Below are positions 1 through 8,025 of a stretch of 64,000 nt of DNA, in pieces. The stretch is taken from IMG/VR virus record IMGVR_UViG_3300027770_001980, positions 1 through 64,000 of that record. One strand, given 5' to 3'. The translations under genes were made by a program, and so were the position numbers. A model generated the notes under the pieces. That model was not told where the DNA came from. It saw nothing but the letters and a program-made list of their open reading frames with translations, and did not search any database. How positions within the stretch are numbered: the first letter of the stretch is position 1; each line of letters opens with the position of its first letter.

Positions 1-228
1 GAAAGAAAATTTACCTGCGGCAAGACTAAATTTGTTCTCGAAGCATTAACTAAAAATGCCAAGGAAAAACCAATTTGGGCCGGCAAAGATGAGGAAACAG
101 GAACTGATACAGTGCTCATGGTAAATCTCGAAACCCTAACTTGGACTGTGGTACAATACGATAAAGAAATGGCCTGTGTACTACAAAACGGAGAAGGATT
201 CAAGATCAGAAGCAAGACGTTGGAATAG
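1..228 (+). CDS. partial hypothetical protein (C-terminus)
   Basis: Frame 1 is open from base 1 to TAG at 226-228 (ERKFTCGKTK...RSKTLE*). Confidence 0.6.
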   Translation, partial: ERKFTCGKTKFVLEALTKNAKEKPIWAGKDEETGTDTVLMVNLETLTWTVVQYDKEMACVLQNGEGFKIRSKTLE

Positions 229-241
229 ATGAATAAATAGG

Positions 242-270
242 TTGACATTTTAATAGTACATCTGTATTAT
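242..270 (+). promoter_or_regulatory. sigma70-type promoter
   Basis: TTGACA-17 bp-TATTAT. Confidence 0.7.
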
Positions 271-282
271 TAATGCATTATT

Positions 283-1824
283 ATGATTCAATCAATACCA
301 ATACAATTTAAAAAAACATTATCTCTAAAAAATCGTCATGTGGGATTAATCATTCCGCCATCGCCATTCTTATTGGATGAACGTGTATTTGTTAGTTTGG
401 GTATATTACGTGTCGCGGCAAGTTTAGAAGCCCAGGGAGTTGATGTAGGCGTATTGGATCTATCTGGTGTAAGTAATTATACCGAAGCATTAGAAACCTA
501 TATATCTGATGCTAAAATAGAATGGGTAGGAATTACATCAACCACGCCGCAGTTGCCAGCGGCAGTTAAATTAGCAAAATTAATAAAAGAAAAAGCACCA
601 TCATTACCAATTGTATTAGGTGGACCCCATGTGACTCTAACATATAGTGCTGTTAAAGTTGAACAAAAAGCCGGCATTATAAATGGCAGAGCAAGAAAAG
701 CTGCTAATTTATTAGAGTCATATTTCGACTATCTGGTATCAGGGGATGGCGAACTTGCTGTGTTAGAAATTTTTAAAGAAGATTGCCCCAAGGTTGTTGA
801 TGGCGACGACAACAGAGGCGATTTATTCATGACCGATGAAATATATGAAGAAACAGATATGCCGGCAAGGCATTTAGTTGATCTATCAAGTTATCATTAT
901 AGTATAGAAGGATTTCCTGCTACCAGCTTAATCGCACAATTAGGATGTCCATTTAAATGCGGATTTTGCGGAGGAAGGAATTCCAGAAGTTTAAGACTAA
1001 TCCGCACACGTAGCGAATTTTCTATTATCGAAGAAGTACGTTGGTTATATGAAAACTACGGTTATACTGGATTTATGTTCTACGATGATGAACTTAATGT
1101 TAGTAAAACTTTTATTAAATTATTAAATGGCCTATATGATTTACAAAAAGAACTCGGAGTTGAATTTCGACTTAGAGGATTTGTAAAAGCCGAATTGTTT
1201 AATGAAGCTCAAGCCGAGGCTATGTATAGAGCAGGGTTTCGTTGGATACTAAGTGGGTTTGAAGCAGCTAATCCCAGAATATTAAAGAACATTGAGAAGG
1301 TAGCAACCTTAGAAGATAATTCTCGGGTAGTTGAAATAGCACATAAGTACGGTCTAAAAGTAAAAGCATTAATGAGTGTTGGGCATCCAGGGGAAACCAA
1401 AGAGTCCATTTTAGATATAAAAGATTGGTTGATTCAGATGAAAGTTGATGATTTTGATTGTACAGTAATTACAACTTATCCAGGAACTCCATATTATGAT
1501 TTAGCTGTGCCCGATCCTACTAAACCTGGAGTATGGACATACACACACAAGAATGGTGATAAGCTTCATGCCTATGCACTGGATCATACCACTACAGCCG
1601 ATTATTATAAAGGTGATCCTAATGGAGGATACACCGCTTACGTTTTCACCGATACATTATCAGCAGAAGAAATCGTTAGTCTTAGAGACGAGGTTGAACG
1701 TGATGTTAGAGAAGCATTGAATATTCCATTTAATCCAGGCGGTGTATCTGTAAGGTTTGAACATAGTATGGGGCAAGGATTACCGGATGCTATATACAGA
1801 GAATCTAAATTGGTGAAAGAATGA
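283..1824 (+). CDS. cobalamin-binding radical SAM protein
   Basis: N-terminal B12-binding-like domain (SLGILRVAA, GITSTT, VLGGPH); CxxxCxxC motif CPFKCGFC; FYDDE. Confidence 0.85.
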   Translation: MIQSIPIQFKKTLSLKNRHVGLIIPPSPFLLDERVFVSLGILRVAASLEAQGVDVGVLDLSGVSNYTEALETYISDAKIEWVGITSTTPQLPAAVKLAKLIKEKAPSLPIVLGGPHVTLTYSAVKVEQKAGIINGRARKAANLLESYFDYLVSGDGELAVLEIFKEDCPKVVDGDDNRGDLFMTDEIYEETDMPARHLVDLSSYHYSIEGFPATSLIAQLGCPFKCGFCGGRNSRSLRLIRTRSEFSIIEEVRWLYENYGYTGFMFYDDELNVSKTFIKLLNGLYDLQKELGVEFRLRGFVKAELFNEAQAEAMYRAGFRWILSGFEAANPRILKNIEKVATLEDNSRVVEIAHKYGLKVKALMSVGHPGETKESILDIKDWLIQMKVDDFDCTVITTYPGTPYYDLAVPDPTKPGVWTYTHKNGDKLHAYALDHTTTADYYKGDPNGGYTAYVFTDTLSAEEIVSLRDEVERDVREALNIPFNPGGVSVRFEHSMGQGLPDAIYRESKLVKE

Positions 1825-2594
1825 GCAGAACATTAAAAATAATCTTAAGAACTTGTGGCAGTGTCCACGCCATACACGGTAACAGATACATCAATAAACC
1901 TAAACCGGAAATCATCAATGTATGTGTAAGCAGTCTAATCAACAGCATCAATCAAGTAACCAATCACAATATTGATTTGGTTGTTTTGGATGATCATAGT
2001 TCTCCGGAAGTAGTTGCTGATATCAAAAAAATATTAGGATACTGTAAATTTCCAAACAATTTTATCAGCGTGACCGATGGTACAGGAAATGGTCACACCA
2101 TGCGTAAGGTGTTTGAACAAGTAGAACAATCAACTGATCTTTGGTTACATATCGAAGATGATTACTTACACTTTCCGGAAAGCATACGAGATATGATTGA
2201 CACAGTTGATCAATTAGAGTCTAACACAGGGCAGCATGTGGCAATCAATCCACACGACGACATATGGCGATATACCAATCAGATATACGAAAGTTTTATC
2301 TTGTTAGGTCCATATCGTCATTATAGAACAGTCAAACATACCACATACACTTGTATGGCTACTCGTTCTATCTATGACAAGTATCGTAATCACTTCCAAG
2401 ATATCGTTACTCTTACAGAGCAGAGAGCAGATTGGGTAGAAGATAAGACTATCAACATGGTATGGAATAAGCCCGATGTCATGTTGTTCTCGCCCATCCC
2501 AAGTCTCGCATTGCATCTAATGGAAGAGAGTGGTAAGGATCCCTACATAGATGTCGAAGCATTATGGAACAGCGTTCCTAAACTATGGCAATGA
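1821..2594 (+). CDS. GT-A fold (GT2-like) glycosyltransferase
   Basis: VVLDDHS and HIEDDYLH motifs. Confidence 0.65.
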   Translation: MSRTLKIILRTCGSVHAIHGNRYINKPKPEIINVCVSSLINSINQVTNHNIDLVVLDDHSSPEVVADIKKILGYCKFPNNFISVTDGTGNGHTMRKVFEQVEQSTDLWLHIEDDYLHFPESIRDMIDTVDQLESNTGQHVAINPHDDIWRYTNQIYESFILLGPYRHYRTVKHTTYTCMATRSIYDKYRNHFQDIVTLTEQRADWVEDKTINMVWNKPDVMLFSPIPSLALHLMEESGKDPYIDVEALWNSVPKLWQ

Positions 2595-3967
2595 ATAAAT
2601 TAATCATATTCGACCTCGACGGGGTTTTAATAGACAGCAGAGAATTGCATTACTTCAGTCTTAATGAAGCATTGCATAGTATAGATCCAAAATATGTAAT
2701 AGGTAGGGATGAGCATCTATCTACATATGATGGACTTAACACTACAAGAAAGTTAAAGTTACTTTCTGAAACTAAATCATTACCTATTGAATGCCATGAT
2801 ATGGTATGGCAACGAAAACAATTGGCCACATTCGATTTGATTAAAAAATTTGATATTGATTACAAGTTAGTAGATATTTTTTCAAAACTTAAAGCATCTG
2901 GGTATATGATTGCAGTGGCCAGTAACAGTATAAGAGAAACTGTTAAACTTAGCCTATTAAGGATAGGGGTGATGGAATACGTTGATTATTATATTAGTAA
3001 TCAAGATGTTGTCCATGCTAAACCGTATCCTGAAATGTATTGGCAATGTATGACAGCGTTGAAAGTATTACCCAAAAACACACTCATCATAGAAGATAGT
3101 CACATCGGTAGACAAGCAGCCATGGATAGTGGTGCGGTATTATTGGCTGTAGAAAATCCAAATGATGTAACATGGGGGAAAATTAATTCAAGATTACAAC
3201 GTATGAATTCGCAAATGACATCAAATACTATCCCTTGGAAAGATAGCCGATTAAATGTTTTGGTGCCTATGGCAGGTGCAGGCAGTAGATTTGCCCAACA
3301 AGGATATACCTTTCCAAAACCATTGATTGAAGTTAATGGTAAGCCTATGATACAAGTGGTGGTGGAAAATTTAAACATAGAGGCTCATTACATTTTTATT
3401 GTACAGCAAGAGCACTATGAGAAGTACAATCTTAAATATCTTCTCAATCTCATTGCTCCAGGATGTGACATTGTACAGGTTAATGGAATCACTGAAGGTG
3501 CGGCATGTTCAACATTATTGGCCAAAGATTATATCAATAATGATGCTCCTTTGGTAATGGCCAATAGTGATCAATATGTAGAATGGAATAGTAACGAGTG
3601 CATGTATGCATTTTCAGCAGATGATATTGACGGCGGCATCTTAACTTTTGAAGCAAGCCATCCTAAATGGAGTTATGCGAAAATAGGTCAGGATGGATTT
3701 GTAAATGAAGTAGCCGAAAAGAAAGTTATCAGCAATGAAGCTACGGTGGGGGTCTATTATTGGAAGCACGGCAGTGATTATGTTAAATATGCCGAAGACA
3801 TGATTGCTAAGAATATTCGTGTAAATAATGAATTCTATGTTTGCCCTGTATTCAATCAAGCGATCAAAGACCATAAGAAGATCAAAGTGAAACGCATTAA
3901 TCGAATGTGGGGTATAGGTACCCCGGAAGATTTAAACAATTTTTTACAAAATTATAAAGGAAAATAA
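2585..3967 (+). CDS. HAD phosphatase / sugar-nucleotidyltransferase fusion
   Basis: N-terminal DLDGVL...KP...IEDS; C-terminal PMAGAGSRF...PKPLI...GTPEDL. Confidence 0.85.
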   Translation: MAMNKLIIFDLDGVLIDSRELHYFSLNEALHSIDPKYVIGRDEHLSTYDGLNTTRKLKLLSETKSLPIECHDMVWQRKQLATFDLIKKFDIDYKLVDIFSKLKASGYMIAVASNSIRETVKLSLLRIGVMEYVDYYISNQDVVHAKPYPEMYWQCMTALKVLPKNTLIIEDSHIGRQAAMDSGAVLLAVENPNDVTWGKINSRLQRMNSQMTSNTIPWKDSRLNVLVPMAGAGSRFAQQGYTFPKPLIEVNGKPMIQVVVENLNIEAHYIFIVQQEHYEKYNLKYLLNLIAPGCDIVQVNGITEGAACSTLLAKDYINNDAPLVMANSDQYVEWNSNECMYAFSADDIDGGILTFEASHPKWSYAKIGQDGFVNEVAEKKVISNEATVGVYYWKHGSDYVKYAEDMIAKNIRVNNEFYVCPVFNQAIKDHKKIKVKRINRMWGIGTPEDLNNFLQNYKGK

Positions 3968-3968
3968 A

Positions 3969-4559
3969 ATGAAAACAATTATCGAGGTAGGAGCAAATAA
4001 TGGACATGATACACTTCAATTTTTAAATGACACAAATAACAATGTTTTTTGCTTTGAACCTACTGTAGAATTACAAGTAGTATTACATAACAAATATAAA
4101 CATTTTAAAAACTTTCATCTAATCTCAGCTGCGGTTGATATCAATAACGGATTCCAATGGTTTAATATCGCCGGACAAGCAGATTGGGGATGTTCATCAC
4201 TATATGAATTTTCTGAAAATTTAGAACAGACATGGCCGGGCAGGCCCGATTTTAAAACTACAGATCAATATAAAGTAATGACCATGCGTCTGGATACTTT
4301 TTTTGAAAATTATAATATTACAGAAGTAGATTATTTGTGGATAGACGCTCAGGGAAATGATTTTAAAGTTTTGCAGAGTCTCGGAGATAAGATAAACATG
4401 GTTAAGAATGGTAAATGTGAAGCTGCCTATGAGACTGTTTTATATAAAAATACCAATAATAATGCTCATGATATTAAGGCATGGTTAGAGGAACGGAATT
4501 TTGAATGTCATTTCGAAAGTATATCACATGAGGCCGATGTGCATTTTAGAAGAAAATGA
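3969..4559 (+). CDS. FkbM-family methyltransferase
   Basis: EVGANNG, FEP, RLDTF, IDAQG motifs. Confidence 0.8.
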   Translation: MKTIIEVGANNGHDTLQFLNDTNNNVFCFEPTVELQVVLHNKYKHFKNFHLISAAVDINNGFQWFNIAGQADWGCSSLYEFSENLEQTWPGRPDFKTTDQYKVMTMRLDTFFENYNITEVDYLWIDAQGNDFKVLQSLGDKINMVKNGKCEAAYETVLYKNTNNNAHDIKAWLEERNFECHFESISHEADVHFRRK

Positions 4560-5011
4560 AACTAATCGCACATAGGGGACTAACCTACGGTCCAGATGTT
4601 AATCTCGAAAATCGACCTGAACAAATCGAACTGGCATTAAGTCAAGGGTTCGATTGTGAAATTGACCTCTGGGTAGTTAATTCAGAGTTCTATCTGGGGC
4701 ATGATAGACCAGACTACCCAGTTGATAAAAAATTCTTAGACAAATTTGGACTATGGATCCATGCCAAGAACCTACCAGCATTGCGGTGGTTAACTGATAC
4801 CAGCCTGTGCTACTTCTGGCATGAGAATGACGAATTCACATTGACCAGTAATAAACTTATATGGACTTATCCTGGTAAGGAATTAACTCAACGTAGCATA
4901 GCAGTATTGCCAGAGTGGCATGATCCTGAGTTCAACAACTTGCCAACTAACTGTTATGGAATTTGTAGTGACTTTGTTGTGAAAATACAACAAAAACAGG
5001 TTGACATATAG
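4556..5011 (+). CDS. GDPD/PLC-like phosphodiesterase domain protein
   Basis: IAHRG, EN, CEIDLW, LGHD, WIHAKN. Confidence 0.7.
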   Translation: MKLIAHRGLTYGPDVNLENRPEQIELALSQGFDCEIDLWVVNSEFYLGHDRPDYPVDKKFLDKFGLWIHAKNLPALRWLTDTSLCYFWHENDEFTLTSNKLIWTYPGKELTQRSIAVLPEWHDPEFNNLPTNCYGICSDFVVKIQQKQVDI

Positions 5012-5029
5012 AACATATCCACATACAAT
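5001..5029 (+). promoter_or_regulatory. sigma70 promoter P1 of tRNA array
   Basis: TTGACA-17-TACAAT. Confidence 0.7.
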
Positions 5030-5095
5030 TAGTCACATACACAGCAGCAAAGTCAAAAATATTTTTGTTTTTTTGTTCAAAAATGCAAAAACAGG

Positions 5096-5124
5096 TTGAC
5101 AGCGATGCTAAATAAATGTATAAT
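5096..5124 (+). promoter_or_regulatory. sigma70 promoter P2 of tRNA array
   Basis: Perfect TTGACA-17-TATAAT. Confidence 0.85.
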
Positions 5125-5182
5125 TAACACATACGCAGCAATAATGCAGTGTATGAAACTTAAAGGTAAATTGGAAAGTAAA

Positions 5183-5329
5183 ATGAACAACGTATCGTAT
5201 ATTAGACAACATTGCTCAATAGCCAAACAGGCAGGCTTTATGCCCTCTGCTTGGTTAGCGATTAATAGTCTGTCATATGATCGCACACCAGAGGGGAATA
5301 CCCCGGGGTCCCAGGAGACCAGAGTGTAA
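5183..5329 (+). CDS. putative attenuator leader peptide (48 aa, all 20 amino acids)
   Basis: MNNVSYIRQHCSIAKQAGFMPSAWLAINSLSYDRTPEGNTPGSQETRV*; lies between promoter and terminator. ORF track starts it upstream at a TTG inside the -35 box. Confidence 0.7.
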   Translation: MNNVSYIRQHCSIAKQAGFMPSAWLAINSLSYDRTPEGNTPGSQETRV

Positions 5330-5358
5330 TAAAATACACGCTAACTCCAAAGGACCCC
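5305..5358 (+). promoter_or_regulatory. putative antiterminator hairpin
   Basis: GGGGTCC (5305-11)/GGACCCC (5352-58), GGAG/CTCC and GTGTA/TACAC; sequesters the 5' arm of the terminator. Confidence 0.7.
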
Positions 5359-5382
5359 AGGACTAAACACCCTGGGGTTTTT
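5354..5382 (+). terminator. intrinsic terminator (attenuator)
   Basis: ACCCCAGG-actaaacac-CCTGGGGT followed by a T-tract. Confidence 0.8.
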
Positions 5383-5494
5383 GCTTTTCGAGTGTGAAGA
5401 TACAGGTAACGAGGACCTGACAGCGCACTATAAACATGCTGTAAACGGGCGGTGACGAGGATGGCTTATCTTCTTGTAGATAAAAAAATTCGTC

Positions 5495-5587
5495 ATATTA
5501 AAGCATATACTTGCCTGACTGTAAACGTCGTGGTAAACTACTAGAGAAAGGGGTTCGAATCCCCGGGACTGGTATGTGCTTTAATAT
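5495..5587 (+). repeat. inverted-repeat-bracketed cassette B1
   Basis: ATATTAAAGCATATAC / GTATGTGCTTTAATAT (16 bp); cargo has CTGTAAA and the T-arm GGGGTTCGAATCCCC. Confidence 0.75.
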
Positions 5588-5649
5588 ACACACTCGTTCT
5601 GAGTACATAGTACAAAGAGGCAGAAAGATAAACTGCTAGAGTGTGTTTT

Positions 5650-5735
5650 GGAGACGTGGCAGAGAGGTTGATTGCACCAGACTGTAAATCTGGCCCGTAA
5701 AAAGCACGATGGTTCGAATCCATCCGTCTCCACCA
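5650..5735 (+). tRNA. tRNA-Tyr(GTA)
   Basis: Cloverleaf, CCAGA-ctGTAaa-TCTGG, encoded CCA. Confidence 0.92.
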
Positions 5736-5741
5736 TATTTC

Positions 5742-5817
5742 GGGGGATTGGTATACTTGGCTAACACACCTGGTTTGCAACCAGGAGCAAACGGTTCGAA
5801 TCCGTTATCCTCCACCA
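5742..5817 (+). tRNA. tRNA-Ala(TGC)
   Basis: CCTGG-ttTGCaa-CCAGG, CCA. Confidence 0.9.
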
Positions 5818-5822
5818 AGTTT

Positions 5823-5896
5823 GCTCTGTTAGTATAATGGTATTACACCTGTTTTGTAATCAGGTTACGGCAGTTCGATTCTGTCACGGAGCACCA
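5823..5896 (+). tRNA. tRNA-Thr(TGT)
   Basis: ttTGTaa loop, TTCGATT, CCA. Confidence 0.88.
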
Positions 5897-5902
5897 AGTT
5901 AC

Positions 5903-5977
5903 GGCCTCATCATATAGTGGTTATTATACCGGCCTGTCTAGTCGGATATCGGAGTTCGATTCTCCGTGGGGTCGCCA
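5903..5977 (+). tRNA. tRNA-Asp(GTC)
   Basis: CCGGC-ctGTCta-GTCGG, CCA. Confidence 0.9.
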
Positions 5978-5982
5978 GTTTT

Positions 5983-6040
5983 AGGATAGCAACAGCAAAC
6001 TCAAAAATTTCAATGTTTATGAAACCAAAATGCTATCCTG
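5983..6040 (+). ncRNA. CAGCAA-handle RNA E1
   Basis: AGGATAGCA/TGCTATCCT helix, ACAGCAAA, hairpin TTTCA-atGTTta-TGAAA. Confidence 0.7.
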
Positions 6041-6049
6041 TTTTATTAT

Positions 6050-6124
6050 ACTCCGGTCGTCTAGTGGCTAGGACGCCAGCCTTTCAAGTTGGAGAAGCGG
6101 GATCGAAACCCGTTCGGAGTACCA
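6050..6124 (+). tRNA. tRNA-Glu(TTC)
   Basis: CCAGC-ctTTCaa-GTTGG; variant T-loop ATCGAAA. Confidence 0.88.
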
Positions 6125-6132
6125 AGTTTTAT

Positions 6133-6210
6133 CTGTGTGTGAGAAAGTCTGGTTAATCTACTCGCCTTGGAAGTGAGAAATCGTAGGTTCAAATCCTACC
6201 ACACAGACCA
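6133..6210 (+). tRNA. tRNA-Pro(TGG)
   Basis: CTCGC-ctTGGaa-GTGAG, CCA. Confidence 0.88.
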
Positions 6211-6215
6211 TATAT

Positions 6216-6290
6216 GCCGTTGTAGTCCTCTGGGAGGGCACTGGATTGTCTATCCAATTAAGGCGGGTTCGATTCCCGTCGACGGCGCCA
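6216..6290 (+). tRNA. tRNA-Asp(GTC), copy 2
   Basis: TGGA-ttGTCta-TCCA, CCA. Confidence 0.88.
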
Positions 6291-6297
6291 AGTTTAT

Positions 6298-6373
6298 GTC
6301 CCATTCATCTAGAGGCCTAGGATAGTACCCTTTCACGGTATTCACAGCGGTTCGAATCCGCTATGGGACGCCA
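6298..6373 (+). tRNA. tRNA-Glu(TTC), copy 2
   Basis: GTACC-ctTTCac-GGTAT, CCA. Confidence 0.9.
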
Positions 6374-6380
6374 AGTTTAT

Positions 6381-6451
6381 GCGCTGGATTGACATTGCGA
6401 GTTGGATTTGAAGCCAAACGCAGACAGGTTTGATTCCTGTCAGGTGCACCA
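6381..6451 (+). pseudogene. degenerate tRNA-like gene, anticodon unclear
   Basis: ACCA end, T-arm CAGG-TTTGATT-CCTG, 8-nt loop ATTTGAAG, poor D-arm. Confidence 0.55.
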
Positions 6452-6458
6452 AGTTTAT

Positions 6459-6535
6459 GCGTGGTTAGCTCAGTTTGGTAGAGCATCGGGTTGCCAACTC
6501 GAAGGTCGCAGGTTCGAACCCTGTACCCCGCACCA
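6459..6535 (+). tRNA. tRNA-Gly(GCC)
   Basis: TCGGG-ttGCCaa-CTCGA, CCA. Confidence 0.9.
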
Positions 6536-6544
6536 AAAATTTAT

Positions 6545-6622
6545 GTCTAGGTGGCGGAGTGGCCCAACGCGACAGTCTGCAAAACTGTAACACCGTCGGT
6601 TCAAATCCGACCCTAGATTCCA
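6545..6622 (+). tRNA. tRNA-Cys(GCA)
   Basis: ACAGT-ctGCAaa-ACTGT, TCCA. Confidence 0.9.
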
Positions 6623-6626
6623 ATAT

Positions 6627-6703
6627 GCGTGGTTAGTGTTTAACGGCGAGCACGGTTGGCTTCCACCCAGCAAGAAGGAGTTCGAATCTCCTACCCCGCA
6701 CCA
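6627..6703 (+). tRNA. tRNA-Gly(TCC)
   Basis: GTTGG-ctTCCac-CCAGC, CCA. Confidence 0.88.
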
Positions 6704-6707
6704 AGTT

Positions 6708-6902
6708 TTGTAAGTGTCAGCAAGAGAAAGACTCGCTAGGAAGATTCTTCGAAGGTCGACCCAGTGTAAAAGTAGATCCGGTTCGAATCCGGCTTGGCTA
6801 CGGAGCGTCTATGTCGAGTATCCCGAGTGACTTACCTCCTCCCGTCCGGACTTGCATGAATCGGGTGAATGGTTGCGATTACAGAGGTGCAACTACTTAC
6901 AA
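6708..6902 (+). ncRNA. large CAGCAA-handle RNA E2 (~195 nt)
   Basis: TTGTAAGTG/TACTTACAA closing helix, TCAGCAAG, internal T-arm CCGG-TTCGAAT-CCGG. Confidence 0.6.
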
Positions 6903-6906
6903 ATTC

Positions 6907-7069
6907 AATAAGTAAGAATCAAGTGGAAAGCAAGAGCCACAAAGTAAATAGTAGACTATCATGCTACCGCGGTAGTCTTTGCAGTGTATACTGCGTCGGT
7001 AAAGTGTAACAGCGGAATCGAGAAACACTGGGGTAAGAGTCCCAACGTAGCGGTAAGCAGAAATTTATT
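6907..7069 (+). ncRNA. unassigned structured RNA
   Basis: AATAAGT/ATTTATT closure; AGACTATC/GGTAGTCT, GCAGT/ACTGC and GGG-GTAAGAGT-CCC hairpins. Confidence 0.45.
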
Positions 7070-7144
7070 CCGCAGTAGCTCAGTCGGTAGAGTAGTTGAC
7101 TGTTAATCAATTGGTCCCTGGTTCGAGCCCAGGCTGTGGAGCCA
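7069..7144 (+). tRNA. tRNA-Asn(GTT)
   Basis: GTTGA-ctGTTaa-TCAAT, GCCA. Confidence 0.92.
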
Positions 7145-7150
7145 AGTTTA

Positions 7151-7211
7151 AGGATGCTAACCGCAAATTTATACTCTGAACTTTTAATTCAACCAGTAAA
7201 AATGCATCCTG
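7151..7211 (+). ncRNA. CAGCAA-handle RNA E3
   Basis: AGGATGC/GCATCCT helix, ACCGCAAA, hairpin TGAA-ctTTTaa-TTCA. Confidence 0.7.
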
Positions 7212-7222
7212 TTTTATTTTGT

Positions 7223-7298
7223 TGGGGTGTCGCCTAGTGGCCTAAGGCAACGGTCTTTGAAATCGTCATCATGAGTTCGAATCTCATCTCCCCTGCCA
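7223..7298 (+). tRNA. tRNA-Gln(TTG)
   Basis: ACGGT-ctTTGaa-ATCGT, GCCA; acceptor stem has mismatches. Confidence 0.82.
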
Positions 7299-7317
7299 AA
7301 CATATTAGGAGAATGCA

Positions 7318-7446
7318 ATGGCTCACAAGCAACAAGGTATTCTAACAAAGAGTCCCCAATGGTGGAAGCACCTCAAGGACTGGAAACGTGTGTTCTGGAA
7401 ATCAGAACGCCAAGCACAGAAACGTAACATTAAACAAGGAGAATGA
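7318..7446 (+). CDS. small Trp/Lys-rich protein (42 aa)
   Basis: AGGAG RBS; MAHKQQGILTKSPQWWKHLKDWKRVFWKSERQAQKRNIKQGE*. Confidence 0.6.
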   Translation: MAHKQQGILTKSPQWWKHLKDWKRVFWKSERQAQKRNIKQGE

Positions 7447-7537
7447 CATGAAACGTTCAGGTAAACGATAGTGTCAATCTTAGATCCCGTATATGGTCTA
7501 GGGTTGGCACATTAAAGACAATTTAATATGCAATCAA

Positions 7538-7611
7538 CCCTCACAAACATTAAGGTGATGTAACCGGCTCTTAACCGGTAAAACACGGATCGTTACCGTG
7601 GTGTGGGACCA
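7538..7611 (+). tRNA. tRNA-Lys(CTT)
   Basis: ACCGG-ctCTTaa-CCGGT; variant T-loop ATCGTTA. Confidence 0.8.
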
Positions 7612-7617
7612 ATATAT

Positions 7618-7691
7618 GGGATCGTAACTTAAAAGTAAAGTATCGGACTTTTAATCCGACTAAGAAGGGGCAGTACCTTCCGGTCTCACCA
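7618..7691 (+). tRNA. tRNA-Lys(TTT)
   Basis: TCGGA-ctTTTaa-TCCGA; variant T-loop GGCAGTA. Confidence 0.82.
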
Positions 7692-7770
7692 TATAAAAAC
7701 ACATTGTCCTAGGCTGTGACCTAGTCCATCAGAAGTCCTTTGAGACAGAAACAATGTGTTTCTATATGGT
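7689..7770 (+). repeat. inverted-repeat-bracketed cassette B2
   Basis: CCATATAAAAACACATTGT / ACAATGTGTTCTCTATATGG; cargo hairpin CTAGG-CTGTGA-CCTAG. Confidence 0.75.
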
Positions 7771-7910
7771 AAAGAAGAAGCCGACATGGAAAGGTAGTGC
7801 AAAGGTATACAGTTGGTCTGGTTCGAAACAGAGTAAACTGATTGTATAATGAGCGTAGCACAACCCGCATCGCACGGGTAGTTAGTGGGTTCGATTCCCA
7901 TCTTTGTTAT
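7767..7910 (+). ncRNA. unassigned structured RNA with two T-loop mimics
   Basis: TCTG-GTTCGAAA-CAGA, ACCCG-catcgca-CGGGT, GTGGG-TTCGATT-CCCAT. Confidence 0.45.
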
Positions 7911-8025
7911 CATACATGAACACATTCAACGGTAAACAGGATACCTGGCAACTGGACGCAGGGGCTATCCCGAAGATGTAGGGCACTACCACCGTAAAGT
8001 CAGGAAATGAGTGTGTTCCTATATG
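7911..8025 (+). repeat. inverted-repeat-bracketed cassette B3
   Basis: CATACATGAACACATTCA / TGAGTGTGTTCCTATATG; inner ACGGT/ACCGT helix. Confidence 0.7.

Noticed and set aside
229-282. Cobalamin riboswitch ahead of the B12 radical SAM gene
   Set aside because: The intergenic region is only about 55 nt and is occupied by the promoter.
6381-6451. Frameshift-suppressor tRNA with 8-nt loop
   Set aside because: The D-arm and T-loop are also degraded, so decay is the simpler explanation.
7448-7560. Genome-wide TAG recoding
   Set aside because: No CTA-anticodon tRNA was found, long genes are intact in the standard code, and several end in TAG.
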